Shown piece after piece: positions 1 to 14,467 of a stretch of 64,000 nt of DNA (positions within the stretch are counted from its first letter, which is position 1; every line of letters starts with the position of its first letter). The notes beneath the pieces were generated by a model, which saw only the letters and a program-made list of their open reading frames with translations, ran no database searches and was not told where the DNA came from. A program made the translations under genes and the position numbers. Source of the stretch: Owenia fusiformis (taxonomy: Eukaryota); the NCBI GenBank assembly GCA_903813345.2, contig CAIIXF020000001.1, forward strand, positions 38,192,001 through 38,256,000. The letters are read 5' to 3'.

Positions 1-355
1 CTCATCTAACTGTTATTTATGCGTTATTAAAATATGAACTTATTGAGATTTTTCTCCCTTTTTGCAGGATTCAAGAGTTCCGCTGTTTTCCCCTTTTCCT
101 TTAGTGTACCACCACCATTACCATTACGTAACCCCTTAATACATTTAGAAGCTTGCCGTAGGGCTTGGTATTTCCTCGTTCGTCGTGAATGTGCTCTTTC
201 TTTAGGTGCACGCAAGAGAGCTATTCCCTACACGTCACCCAGTACAAGTTTTATTTTAGCTTTTTTTACAGATCGGTGGTTCCTCATGTCACATGACCAC
301 CACCTATGTATGCCCTCTATAGGCCTAAACCTAAACCTTCCCTTTCTATCCGCAG

Positions 356-478
356 TCCCCTCCTAAAGGTGCGACCATCCCCTACCGTCCAAAACCTGTC
401 ATGCCGCCTGTTATCTTTGCTGGAGGCCAGGCATTCACAGTTCCGGGACAGTTCCCAGCCATGCCACAGCCACAAGAT
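356..478 (+). CDS. PCBP: Poly(rC)-binding protein (PCBP/hnRNP E/mub-like), internal exon after KH2; gene begins upstream of the window
   Basis: ccgcag|TCC...GAT|gtaagt; encodes SPPKGATIPYRPKPVMPPVIFAGGQAFTVPGQFPAMPQPQD, matching the PCBP linker SPPKGATIPYRPKP...PVIFAGGQ; 123 nt, phase 0-0. Confidence 0.93.
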
Positions 479-1246
479 GTAAGTTGCATTTATGATAACT
501 TTACATAATAATAATAATATTTATTATCTGTTAATTAATGAAATTATTCTGTAGTCCCCTGTCCCCTGTTATTAAGGATAAGCTTAAATATTGTCATTTT
601 ATGATTCACTTGTTTATATTAAGTTATACCATACTTATGCATTATTATAAATAAACTCATATTGTCAATGTATGACAGAAAATTTTATTCTCTGTAGTAA
701 AGATGTTTGATGTTACAAATTCTACCAAAATATTAACTTAGGAGAGGGGATTTTATAGCTAAGCAATAATTCATAATCTATACAAAAATTATGATGTAGA
801 ATTATGCTTGTGTAATTGACATTTCTAGATCCATTGGCATGGTCAATAATGTCAATTTAGGAGAAATCATTTAACTTTTACTTTCTGCTGATGACTCTAA
901 GCCTGCTTTAAGGCCTGTTGAAAGGTTAAGTTTTAATCAAAATGTTCTATCTGAAACTATTCCGCCTAACAGGAGAATTAGGTGATGACTCTGGGAAAGG
1001 TGTCTGTTTATCTTACCAATGGGTTGTAAGTGGGGAGAATTTAATGATGATTCTGTGCCTAAAGAACAGCCCAGTGGGTAATTAGATGGGAGTCTATTAA
1101 AGTGTTTGTGTAAATGATGTTTAGATGTTTATCATCCAAATGGAGAGTTATATTGGAAATTATTTATGTGTATGTTGACTAAAGCTCAGTGGGTGGGAAT
1201 CTATTGACCAATATGTGTTATTCATGTTTATATGTCTGTTTACTAG

Positions 1247-1421
1247 CCCAATGGGCAACTAGGTGGTATGAATGGGGAGGAGTTGATGCAAGGCCCACAG
1301 GGAATGCTGAACACAAATATGTTATTGCAGATCCAGAAACAGATGGCAATGCAACAGAGCTTATCTGCTATGCCACACCTCATGCCAGGACTATCTGCTG
1401 CCCAGCCAGGTCTCATACAAA
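1247..1421 (+). CDS. PCBP: PCBP internal exon (Q/M/P-rich linker); an in-frame alternative acceptor is possible at 1331
   Basis: tactag|CCC...CAAA|gtgagt; PNGQLGGMNGEELMQG...IQKQMAMQQSLSAMPHL; phase 0 to phase 1 fits the flanking exons. Confidence 0.75.
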
Positions 1422-2249
1422 GTGAGTACAACCGAAGCTTTTCTGGCTTTTGCTGTGTTTGATATTCATCTAGGAACTCTGTCAAATATCAATAGTTTTG
1501 CATGATGACTTGTTCCCATTTCCTTAATTTGGTGAATGCTGTTGACACATTGTCACCCATTCAGTGTTCTTTGTTTTTCTTAGAACAAGATCGATTTTTC
1601 ACCTCTCACCTCCTCCCATGGTATTTGCCTGCTTGATCTCTCATACCCTTAAAATATGTTGATTTTACATTCTGCTTTCCTCATTGATAACTGGAAGAAT
1701 AGAAATTGTGAATGTGAACCAGTAAGAAGGATCACTGTGAAATCAACTGAAATAAGTATGAATGGGTTGAATCTGCAAATCACAATAAGTGAATCAGTCG
1801 TCTGATATGGTAAAAGTCTATGTATCGACGGCAATGATTCTTTGAGCAGCTGTTGACTTCTTCATTTTTTTATATTAATTTTATGTTTAAACCATGTGAG
1901 GCATTCTATAGATTGATTCCCCTTCAGCTTGCATTTCTTTTTATTCCTTTATTGTGTTTTTTTTATATTTGCGTTCGTAAGTTTTCAGAAGAAACATTTT
2001 TTGTACAATGTATTTTCTTCTGATCACATTCAACTTTGTTTTGTTGTTTATAACATGAAGTAGTGGATATATTTATGTGTATTTTAAAGTTAGATGGTTT
2101 GATATGTAAATGTAGTAGTTAAACTAACAGTAGTAGTATTAATTGTTAACATGTTGTTGATTTAACAGGTTAAATGGGAGAGCATGTTTTTTTGTGCTGT
2201 AGATAGAATATTTTCATCAGCCTAGCAGGTTACTCTCCATATGTTTCAG

Positions 2250-2469
2250 CAATGGGGATGACCCCCGTAACCCCAGCATATACACAGCAGCCTGCCCCCC
2301 AGGTTCTACGCCCTGGCAACCCTGCCCCACAACAACAGCAAGCTGCACAACAACAGACCACGCCAACACCCATACCAACTCCCAATGCGCAAACGCACGA
2401 AATAACAGTCCCTAATGATCTCATTGGGTGTATTATCGGGAGGGGAGGACAAAAAATAAATGAAATCAG
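2250..2469 (+). CDS. PCBP: PCBP exon, start of KH3 (in-frame alternative acceptor at 2229)
   Basis: tttcag|CA ATG...ATC AG|gtaaga; THEITVPNDLIGCIIGRGGQKINEIR carries the KH GxxG loop. Confidence 0.93.
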
Positions 2470-2970
2470 GTAAGAAGATTTTTTTATATGGACATTTTAT
2501 TTCTTCTTTATTGCATTATATTTTTCTCACTCTTCATTAAGATTAACATACAAAGTTATTTTATGGAATAATATTTTGTATTTTACTATTTTTTATAGCA
2601 TTCAAACAGAGAGTTTCATTCCCATAATATAATCCAGAGTCATATTTACTTTTTAGCAGACAATAAATAAGACATAAAAATGTTGAAATGAAGTCTTGCA
2701 TTCAACAAATTATTCTTGCAATCCAATAAGATGAAATCTTATTCAAGATTTCAGATTTCAGAAAATTCGTAGTGTGTAATACACCAACTTCACTCTATGT
2801 TTGTTTGTTTTTTTTTGTTTTTTTTATTAAAATCAATGTAACATATTTACAGGTTGTAGTGGCTAAAAGATAAAAATAAATTTAAAAGAAGGTTGTAGTG
2901 GCTATACTGTATATATACAGTATAGCACTATATCTGCACTTTTTACAAAAGTATGAATGTTATATTTCAG

Positions 2971-3090
2971 ACAATTTTCTGGTGCTCAAATAAAAATATC
3001 AAATCCTGAAGATGGTTCAACAGATAGAAAAGTGACAATTACAGGGGTACCAGAGGCCATACAGGCAGCACAGTATTTAATAAATGCGAG
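2971..3090 (+). CDS. PCBP: PCBP exon, end of KH3
   Basis: tttcag|A CAA...GCG AG|gttggt; RQFSGAQIKISNPEDGSTDRKVTITGVPEAIQAAQYLINA; phase 2-2. Confidence 0.95.
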
Positions 3091-5977
3091 GTTGGTATAC
3101 CCTATGCACTGATACAACTCATTATCAGATACCTCTCAACGCCAAACTGTACAAGATCAGCTCATAGGCTCATCACTTGAGGGTGCAATAAAAGAAAACT
3201 ACATGCACACTCCATTATTAACAGTCTTCTGCAATATAAATTTAAAACAACTGCAGGTCAAAATTGTCCAACATATTTCACCAATGAACTATACTATAAA
3301 TGTACTATACTGCTATAGCATCTTGTCAATTTTGAATGGTCACAACTGTGCGTTTATATTTTTCCATAAATTTTGGAATTAAGGGGATATTCTATCAAGT
3401 TAATGTTGGATGTGCATGTTAGTTTTTTCAAAGTCAAGTCAGGTTGTCAATTATATCAACGAACTCTATATTAACAAAGTGTAGCATTTTTATTACTATA
3501 TATTTATTATAATTTGTATATAGTGTACGGATGGATTGGTTCATATTGTGTTATTTGTTATCTAACTTATGATGTATTATATTGTTATTGCTATTTATAT
3601 ATTCATTATATCATACACCTCTTGTAGAGGTTGTTATTATTATGTGTTATGAACTGATTGAAGACTATGTGGAGGGTGACAAACATGTATATACCTTTAC
3701 AAAATATACCCTACAATGAGCAGTATACTCAAAGAATCTCAGCTGTACTCAAAGAATCCCTGCAGTACTCAAAGAATTTCAACAGTACTCGTATAATTCA
3801 GCTTTATTTATTTAATATCAACTTACATTTTAGACGGAAGTTCTGAGGCGCCAAATCAAAAAAATCATTTTCTTTCAAATGTCAAACTTTTCAAATTTAA
3901 GAACATTGATCATTTTAAGCCGGGTGCAACTCAGTGAAAATGTCCCTTATATCCTATATCTCAAATCTCCCCTGATTTTTAAGTCCCATCTCCATACCTC
4001 CAGTCCTATTTACAATCTCTTTTAACTATTTTATTTTTTAAATTATTTTTACCTTTGTTGCTATGGTAACGGTGACCGTATTGACTAGCATTGTCGTGTC
4101 ATGTAATGATTTGCACCGCCCTGTATCAATGTACTTGTGTATATGTCCATACCCATTTATAACCAACCTTTTCTTTTGTTTCTAACTATTTGTGAAATCA
4201 ACTAATTATGTATCGTCCCATAGAGTTATAACATCAACAAAGTACATTGAATGCTTAATAAAGATCCTGGAATCCCTACCTATTGCTTTCTAGAACCATC
4301 TATCTGAAAGTACTACCGCTTTTACTAACAACAGACGTGATAAAGATGAACATAATTGTATTTGGGTGTCGGCACTGCAAAATAAAAGTCAACAAGAATC
4401 AGCCAGCTAGTTATAGAATGAAAATATCATTTATTAGCAGACCTAATAGTTTCCATACAATGCTATATTTTAGAGTTACCAATGAATGGGATGCACAGGG
4501 CACATGGTCATAGTTCTTAACTTGAAATGTTTCAACTCAAATTTCCCTTATTTGATTAATAAAGTGGTTTTATTTTTGATTGTCATTTATGTTCTTTAGA
4601 CACAGCATGAGCATTGGTTGTTCACATTATACCCATATATAGTCATGGGAACTACTGACTCTGACTATCACAAAAATGATCAGAATTTGCTTGGAATTCC
4701 CTAGCATGTCCAATGTATACTTTTTTCTTGTTACCATGGTGATGGTTACATTATAAGTCAGCATGTGTAGACCATACATGTATGATTTCTAAAGCTGGAA
4801 AGATTGTTACAAATGAGATATTTTCTGGTAATTATCAAATTACCTTGGTAAATCCTTACAACTGGGTCAGTTTTTGGTTCAACCCCAAAACTAGGATTCC
4901 AAAACAATCGTTGTAAGTTATGGCAATTCCAAAATCTTTTCCCATATAACTCAGATCAGTACAAATTCCTAGATTGTCTTTATATAGTATGTGACAATGT
5001 TTCCAGAGTTGGGTATCAACCAAGCGCCTATTCTGGGTTATGTTAACATGGCATTGGCTCATGCTGTTGTCTTTGTACATGTGCTTCTATAGGTCCTGTC
5101 CCACAGACCACTCTAGTCATCATCGCCTACCGGAGCTGTTCATCTAATTATTGAACCTTACAAAACATGTCTCGGTATCACAGAAGTATAGATGTTTCAC
5201 AAATTAATGTACATTTTTTATATGCCTTTCCTTACTAAATGGCATTTGTATGTGAATGTGTGAACTTTTAACTGTCAGTGTACTACTTTGACAATTTTAT
5301 CTGTTGATCGAAAAGGATGATGACCGTGATGTTTTTTGGAAGGGCTTTTCATTTGGCAATACCTTTAACATTTCTGCAGTTCATTTGTGAAATTTCAATG
5401 ATTCATCTCTACAAAATAAACAGTTATACAAAGCTGTTTCTGAATGAAAATGTCTGATTGATTGAGGATTTTAAATTCATGACATTTCACAAGATGAAGA
5501 AGCTGTTGGATAATGTTAGTAAGGGTTGTAGAATCTCGAGATGACACGACTGGCCATAAACCGATATCTTCTTGCACCACCATTTTGTGCCTTAATAGTA
5601 GTTATTTGCACATTTTATTTAGCATGTGTAATCCAACTCCACTATTATTATAACTGTCATGTCATCTCAGTATAGTAGAGCTGATATATACATTCCTGGT
5701 GTGGGTGGGGGCTGTCTGAATTTTCTCATGTCACAATACTATACAGTGATGTCAGTCACTGTTGTGCATTGTGATGTCCATGGTATGATGTCAGACTGCC
5801 CCCACAGCAAACTTCTGCTAATCCAAAATTTGCTTCTCTTATTTTAGTTGGTAATGTTACACTGATTCAGATCACCAATATATCTCAATGTCTACTAAGG
5901 TACTAACTGTTGTTGATTCCATGTATATGTACTGCTGTATTTTTTCTAATTTTGTTTCCCTTCCATTTTCTCTGCAG

Positions 5978-6239
5978 CATGGAATTACATAAGACCTTGA
6001 CCCTCGACCCCACCTCTAGCCCCCAGACAGCACCTCTGGTGTCGCAGGCTCCCTCCCTCAACACCATGGGACTCCCCCTAAGCCACGTGCCTGTCAAACC
6101 TCTTCCAATGTCAATTTATGGACTCAATGTTGGCTTAGTAGATAATGCCACAAAAACCTACATGCAAAAAATCAAGGCCACTCCGGCCACTGCTACGGCC
6201 TTGAAGAATCAGGCCAGCGTGAAGTTTGCTCCTTACTAG
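5978..6239 (+). CDS. PCBP: PCBP terminal coding exon (long C-terminal tail ending KFAPY)
   Basis: strong polypyrimidine tract and ctgcag|C ATG; phase 2 gives SMELHK...KNQASVKFAPY*, resembling the PCBP4-type ...KFSPY tail. Confidence 0.85.
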
Positions 6240-9200
6240 CCTGAGTGCACTGTTGTCATGGTTACCAGCCTCATTAGTAGTAAATACTGACAGGATCTCA
6301 AGTCAATCACCAGGGGCGTGTCCTCATGCTCTGCCTAGATGCCGGCAGCTTGATGTGAGCCCAAATTTTCAGCATATATTCATAGAACAAAATATAGGGT
6401 ATATTTTGAAGTACACCTGTACTTAAGTTTATGTTAAAGACAATACAAAATGCCAAATTTTATTTGATTTTGAAAGCAATAATGTTATACACCTCGTTTT
6501 ATCCTGTTGTTATGTTATGACTTTTAATGTACAATGTACATGTAGTTTTGGGGCTAGTGCTATGGTAGGTTTGTGGTAACGACTGAGCAATTGGTAACCA
6601 GAAGTGGTTGCCATGTAATATTTCTGTTCCACCATTCCTTCACAATCAAATCACTTTTATGGTGTCATATAAGCTTTGACAAATCAGGGATACTGTGTTA
6701 TTAACTGCGAGCCTGCTTTGTAGGCATACTTATGCCCAACTTGGAGGCAACTAACTATTTGTGTACAGTACTGCTAAAATGTGCAATATTACTGGAATGT
6801 AATGTATTAATAAGAATTGCTATTTTGTGGAGAATTTTTTTATTTTTCAGAAGGTCAAGCTTTTAGAGTGGGTTAGATGGTTACATTTATAGCTAATAAG
6901 TATTAACTGAAGTACTTACAGTGAAAGTATGTTTTTGTGTCTGTCCCATTTAGGGAACCCTTCATATAAAGGTATATGTATTTGTGTATCATAGGCGAAT
7001 TCTTTGAGATAAGAAGATTGCTATATGAAGGGGACCTGTGTATATAGCACTGCACTCATGCACCATTCATGTACCATAGACCCATATTGTTTTTAATTTT
7101 ACCAGGTGTTAATAGGTGTTTGATTGTTTAGTTATCTCCATGGCAATCAAAGCCAGGTGATGTATATTATAATATGCTGTTAACAATCATTTTAAATGCA
7201 TTGTCTCATTTGAAAAACCTCACAAATTGTTATTACATTATTCTTTAACTTAAGTATTATGTCTCCTAACTTATTTTGGGAAATTATACAATTTTAGTCG
7301 TATCATTTGAAATATGTTTTTAGATTTTAGAAATAAATTTTGCCAGTTTATGTATCATCAATTCATCATAGTGTATATGAAATGTCAATTCAAATTGTAT
7401 TAAAGAAACATTAAACAGTGTATTTGGTACTTGATTTTTCAATTTATTATCATTGTCTCAAATTGTTGGATAAAAGTCATGCATTAAGTCCCTGAGTTAC
7501 CTCCCTCTTAACATAGTACCTTAAATAGATAGTGAAGGGGGGGGGGTTGACCAGAGACCTGATGCAGGGCAAGATGAATTAGAACTTATTTACAACAGCA
7601 ATGGAAGCTTTTGGTATGTGAGGCTAAGTACATGTAATGGGGATCGAAAAAGTGTCAAACATATGAAGTTATATTTTTATTGCATTTTATAAAGACTTTC
7701 TATTGAATGAACTTACTTATCACCAGCAGTGTCATGGAAACGAAGAAAACTTAAAAGTAGATTACTTGAGTTATGTAATTATATGTACATTATAGAGTGT
7801 AGGACATATAGAGGATAACAAGTCATCTGTTAGTGCCAATCATGAAAATCAGAATTATTATATTCATAATAATGATTTTAAATAATTATTGATATATTAT
7901 TGCGACAATTTGCATGAGTCAATCAACAAGCCACTGTTCATACTCAGTTCTGAATTGAAAAAGTCCATTGAATTTTGGGTTTTTTCTGTCTTCGATTCTT
8001 ATTAGAAATTTGAATGAAATGACAGATGAGGGAAGAGTATTACTGTGCCTTCCTGACTGTTTCTTATTACTATGTCATGTTTTTTCGTCGCTGTGTTTTC
8101 CAACAAAGCAATGTATACAAAATGATTCAAATGCACATTAAGGTTGACAATGTTTGTCTTGAAAGCTTTATATGGATTTATTTGATTCAGAACTGAGTTG
8201 GCACTTTGGTTTTTCAATGTGTGACTAGTCTAAGTAAATGTTAGGCATTTACACTTACCGGTATTTTATCAGATATACAACCATGAATTTCAAATTATAT
8301 TTCACAAAATAGAAATATTTATAGAGAATATTCATTGGGAATGTATTTTTACAAATACATTTCATATTCATTGAGAGAAATCTTCATTATGCTGTGCAAT
8401 AGTGGTAAACAGCATTATTTTATATATTTGCCTGAAAATCTGTGTTATGTTTTGTTAACAAAAAACAGACATTTGTACTTTAAAGAGAGTGGGACTTGAT
8501 AATTATACTCTATACTCATAAACATGGTATATTGTTACAATTGTATGTTATGTTAATTAATACAACTTTTGCTAGTAATCGAATAGTGGATATAATATTT
8601 TGTGTTTTAAACATACACTTTGTTAAGTGTAGAAGCAGCTATTTTGAGAAACACTTAAAAATATATCAAACTCCACTCTCCTTAAAAGGCATCAAAAACA
8701 TGGTATTTCTAGTAAGCATTTATATTTAATCCATTTGGACAATTTGTGAGACATGAATGCCAAACTTGCCAATCTCAAGCGAGACCACAAAAATTGTCAG
8801 TCTTGCATGAGATTCCGTTCCTTGTATAAATTCAGTCTTCGACCATGTGACTCTCTTGTATTCAAATCCAGTTTTATCACTGTAGTTATCATTATCAGTG
8901 ATTATCATTATCAAATATCATAAAGCTTTCAAACAGATTGTTTTTTGTATGTCAAGATTAACCTTAAAGAAAACATTTGTGTAACTAGACGTTAGAGGTA
9001 AATTTTACAAATTAAACACATGATATTAACGGATGAATGATATTTAAAGATTAAATGATGTTTTAATAATCCTGGATTTGTGTACCAGAGATCACAAATT
9101 CGGGCTTCCGCTGGGAACCTCATAGTGTTTGCCACAAGTTGTCCAGTTTTGAATTGACCCCCATGTGCTTCTATTAAGCAATGTTGAACTGTAGATATTG

Positions 9201-12200
9201 TAAATAAAAAAAATGTACATGATTTGTACAATGATAAGTGCAAGATTTTAACAGTAAATCTAATATATGCTAGCATAGAATATTAAGTTGACTAAGAGTA
9301 CAGTACAATTACTGCTGGCAAAACTGTTTGCATGGTTTAATTTGAAATGTTTAAAGTTACTTTTTGCCGAAAGTAAATGATTCTAGTCTTTGCATTAGGC
9401 ACGTGAAAGTAGATTATGGAAATAAAAGTTTTATTTTAGTCAGAGCTAGGTATACCAAATTATTATTTGTTTGACTTTGTTTACAAAAACTGTTACCATG
9501 GTTACATTGGCTTTTCTGTTGCCACGACTACATTGACTAACACTTGCCATGGTGAGATATTGGCTTACAGGGACTGGTTGATTGTACAAGGGTGGAAAAC
9601 ATTGGTGGTAATTTAATGCCTGTTTAATCACTGATTAGCATTAATTTAAATCTGAACTCCATACTGCTAAATAACTACAAAAGGTTATGAATTTTATTTT
9701 AGTAAAACCTATGAAATATATATGGATTTTTAATGATTGATTTACAGTTATTCCAATTTTTGTAAATATTTCCATATCTTTTAAACTGTTTTGTGATTTT
9801 ACTCATTTGAATGCGCATCCAATAAGGCATGCTAGCATTCAAAAAGGCTTACTTCACCAATGCGTTTCAACCATGTATTTTACTTATTCGGGGAGTAACA
9901 GGGTATACATGTAAATACAAAATAGATGAAGAAAAGGTAAATATATTCTGTCTCTAAACCTGCAATTATCAACAATAAAAATGATAAACATATTTAACTG
10001 TTTTGTTGTATTATCCGAGTACAATGTATAGCATCGAGATAAAATAAAACCTGGAAGGTGGAACACCTCCTTAAATTGAACACATTGCCCATTTATATGA
10101 AATATAAAATGAACCTCCGTGAGTGGAACACCACTCGGTGGAAAACTGTTTTGAGGAACCACTTACAAGATGAAGAACAGGTTTCAAACTTCAAATCTCC
10201 AAATTAATCAGATCAGTTTTGTCACATCTGTAATCAGTTTTGTCACATCTGTTCTGTCAGAATCTCCAATTGTGAATATCCTTTTTTTAATGTGGATATC
10301 TTTTGATGTTAAGAGGCAACAATTGCAAACAATTAAATAGTTCATGGTGTCCTGAAAGTATATGACTCCCCTAGGCAGACAATTTACCAATCTCCGTGGT
10401 ATGTATCATACATCATTTTAAAGCTTATCCAAAGTTGCATTGATTTACCAAGTATCATGGTTCAACTCACAAATGGGAGAGTTACAGGCATTTCAAAATT
10501 TAGTGATTGGCCAAAATTAAAGTTCAGTTAACTGAGACTGGCAAAACACAAAATTCAATACTTAATGATGAATAATAGGGATCTTATGCTACAGTAAACA
10601 TTTTTTGGGTCATCCTAGTCATGACATTTGGCTTATTAATGTTACTTTGAATTTTCATCAAAGAGGGGGGTAGTGGTGAGGCACACCTACTGTGGGTATA
10701 TCTGCCTATGAGGGGTCCCATACTTTTGGGACACCATGTATGTAGGTAAAATACACAAATGTGTATTTGAAAACTAGACAACAGCAACGCCAAGACATGG
10801 CAAATCCCATCAAACTTTTCAAGTTACTGCGAAAATCGTGTGTAACGCCCACCATTTTCCAACATGGCTGCCATGTGTTTCTGAAATATCTACATTTTGA
10901 CCTATATTAGTGTCTTATCAAACTTTTTACCTTGAAAACATATAAATATTACAGTTTTAAATACATTTTGTATTATCGCTAAAAAGATAAATGACACAAG
11001 TAAAATGTGATTCCTAAATATCTACATTTCTACCTTTATTAATGTCTTATTAAACTTTTTTATCTTAAAAACGTATAAATATTATAGTTTTTCAATTGTA
11101 CCTAAATTACTGTTAAGTCGGCACCAAAATAGCCACCACTTTATATCAAACGGCCATTTTGAAAATCGACTTTTGAGCAGGACTTCTATTGTCATTTGGG
11201 CACATGTGTATAAAATATGAACAAAATCGGGCCGGCGGTATTTGAGTTATCACCCGGACAGACGTATGGATGGACAGAGGCATTCTCTATATCCCTCCAA
11301 ATTTTGTTTGATGGGATAAAAAGCTCTTTATTATCTTTAACTCCCTGTAAAATGGTCAATATCTCAGGTGCAAGTAGCTAGTTACCAGTTTCACCACCAG
11401 GTGGCTCATTCGGGTCAGATAGCATGACAGGTATACGAGAAAGTTCCCTTGAACTTAAATATTCAGTTTTAGTGGTTCAAATTTCATATCATCCTTAGGT
11501 ATCTAATAGATATATGTAAATTAAAACATGTCCAGTAAAAGAAAGTATTATCTGTCCAATAAAGAAGATATTTCACTTTTTGTGATTTTATAACATGGGA
11601 TCTATGGGGAATCGACCTGAACTAGAGGTCACATTTTCAAAAAAAAATTTTTAAAGTTGAAACCATGTTTCTAGAAGTACTTTAATTTACATGTAGATTT
11701 CAAATATGACATCACTTTGACTGAATTCTGAATATTTAACGACGTAAATTAAGATTATTTCTACTCATATCAAGTCTATTCAACATATTCGATGTAGAAG
11801 ATTGATAAAATAAAGATCAATAGACTTGAGAACTGCCAAAAGATGGTATAAAATTCAGAGAATTCCAACAAGTTGTACAATGTATTGTATGTAATAAATA
11901 ATGTGACAAGTCCATTTTCTCGGTATTTAACAAAGATATATACAATATCATATATTAACACAATGTTCATTATAAGTACATACATACATAACATCAAACA
12001 AACCTTTATAGTTTTTATTCTTCTTTATTGTTTTTAAAATATATTTCATAAATTATACATTCATAACTTCATCTGAAACAGTAACTATCGGTGCTTACTG
12101 ACAGATAATTATGAGACACAAATGAACACTGACTTAACTGCTAAATACATACAATGATTACTTTTTTACTACATAATGAACAATTATTGCAATTCCTCAC

Positions 12201-12574
12201 CCTCGGTATACTTATGAGCTTGAGATAGTGGATTTGTTTGGCACATTGGAGCTGAACTAGTTTGGTATAACATTACAATCAATTTTGAAATCAAATGTCC
12301 AACTCTGTATATCACATATGTCCAGCTATTTGGAGGGGGGGGGGTATCGAAAACAATACATTCTACAAAATAGTACAGTGTGAGACTCACAATACTTGAT
12401 TTTCAAACATCTGGTAGGTTTAAAATTCAAACTATCACTTTTGCAGAATGTATTGGTTTCAGTACCCCCCAAATAGTTGGAAATGCATGTACATGTACAT
12501 ATAAGGTGTGTTCTTGAGAAGTAATAAATCTGGTCCAGATTGAAACTGCTGTAGAATATCAGATTTTGGAACAT

Positions 12575-13015
12575 CAATATATAGGGGTTATGCACTGGGA
12601 GGTTTTGGATAGAGAGAATATCCCGAGGGATATACAATATATCTTCCCGAGGGACCGAAGGGACCAAGGGAAGATGTATTGTATATCCCAAGGGATATTT
12701 CCTGTATCCAAACCGACAGTGCATAACTGTTGTATTCCATACATATAAATTTTTTTTCACATTATTTGCATAATTTTTTTTCTAATTTTTTTTTTCAAAA
12801 TTTTTTAAACATAATTTTTTCCACAATTTTTTCAAATTTTTATTTTCAAATTTTTTCCCAAATTTATTTTTCAAATTTTTTTTTTTGAGCGGGACATACG
12901 ATTTATATGTCCCGGAGCTCCGTTGGAGCGGGACATACGAAAAATATTTGCCCGGATATAGAATATATTCCCGGTTGATATGTCCCTGAAACCTCATCAG
13001 GTATGGAATACATTG
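12575..13015. repeat. Palindromic non-autonomous element (Crypton-like architecture, tentative)
   Basis: about 140-bp imperfect hairpin 12587-12727, then the inverted pair TGTATTCCATAC (about 12731) / GTATGGAATACA (13001) enclosing T-rich low complexity. Confidence 0.5.
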
Positions 13016-14094
13016 TTCTACAGCCCTCAATGCCAGCAAAAAATAAAGGTTCATCCCTCCACGCACATTCACATTTAATCAAAACATTCCCATTTTAACA
13101 GTTTTTATTAATATGTTTAGAGGAATTATATAAGTATTTCCTTCATATCCACTTCTACTCAAGTATATGAGAGGTACCATGTGAAACAATATGGGTGAGC
13201 AATGAACTTGAAAAACATCTGAAACTCTGAAACCCATATTGTTAATGTGGGTGCACTCTTATCAATCACGTAATTTAGTACCCAGTGATTGTAATGGAAG
13301 GCAAAATCACATCCCTTAGGCATGTTAGGCCCAAATATAATTCATTTGAGACTTTCTTTCAAATATTTTTGGGGGCCCCCTCATCAAGTCTACCAGATCA
13401 ATCACATCTCCTTTATTGTTTTCAATCTAAATAGAAGAATATATATTCTTTTCTTAAACAATATCTCATTATGCTGATTTATAAATAGGATAATTGAACA
13501 AAGTAAACAATTCCTAATGTACATTTTTACTTGACATACAATACTTTAACTTCTTCAGGATCCAAGATAAGATTTACTTAAAATTCCAACTTTCAATTTT
13601 CTCATATGTCTATGTTATTAGGTCAATCATTTCACAGTAAGGCATGTCTGTGCAAACTGGGCACAACAAGCGTTATGTCGATGATGCTATGACAACACAA
13701 ACAATGCAACAAAAACAAGACATTGTCATGATGAAATGTTACCACTTGATAAGTTATTGCATGTACTTCCTAAATAATATAAAATCTGTTACAGACTTAG
13801 ATTACTGTCAATTTTGAACTGCCAATTTTGCAATCCATCATTAAATGATACTTCTCAACGGTACCCAGATTTTCAAATCTATTGAGTAACAAGGCATTAA
13901 CATACAAAATGTCATCATCTGCCATTTGTTACAGACGCCAAACTCCGAGCTGCCGTCACAAAAAATGGACTATAACATAAAAAGTGACTGCCTGTTGACA
14001 ATGAGGAAACACATGTCTCAAATGCATACTGTGAATGAACTCAAATAGAATGTTAGATTAGACTGAAGGATACAAAATCTATGGAAAAATAATA

Positions 14095-14467
14095 CTATGA
14101 GAAATACTTCCAGATTAAGAACATTATAATACAGGTAAAAATCATGCCTCCATATAAAATAAATCGATCTACATAGGCTCTTTTTTCAATCATTCGCATT
14201 ACAGTGTTACTCAAACCAAGCGTATTAGCTACATCGAGAATCTTCTTATGTGCTCCTTTAAGTGTAGATCTCTGATCCCGTAAGCTGGATATAACATTTG
14301 AGCCAGTGTCTAACATTTCGTCCATACCCCTGTGTGCACTATGGAGACGTGTGTTATGTTGTAAATCATGGTCCATTTGTATAGCTGTGGCCTGATCAGC
14401 ATCATTGGTTGTAAATCTATGGGATAATAGAGCTTCTCTCTCACGCTCCTCTTCTTCACGCTGATAC
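14095..14467 (-). CDS. GOSR2: GOSR2/membrin exon 3 (Qb-SNARE motif and C-terminal TM helix)
   Basis: ttgcag|G TAT CAG; YQREEEEREREALLSHRFTTND...LRDQRSTLKGAHKKILDVANTLGLSNTVMRMIEKRAYVDRFILYGGMIFTCIIMFLIWKYFS*. Confidence 0.96.

Noticed and set aside
850..1060. Repeated RTGATGA motifs suggesting C/D-box snoRNAs in a PCBP intron
   Set aside because: No matching D box, terminal stem or rRNA complement was recognised; looks like degenerate short repeats
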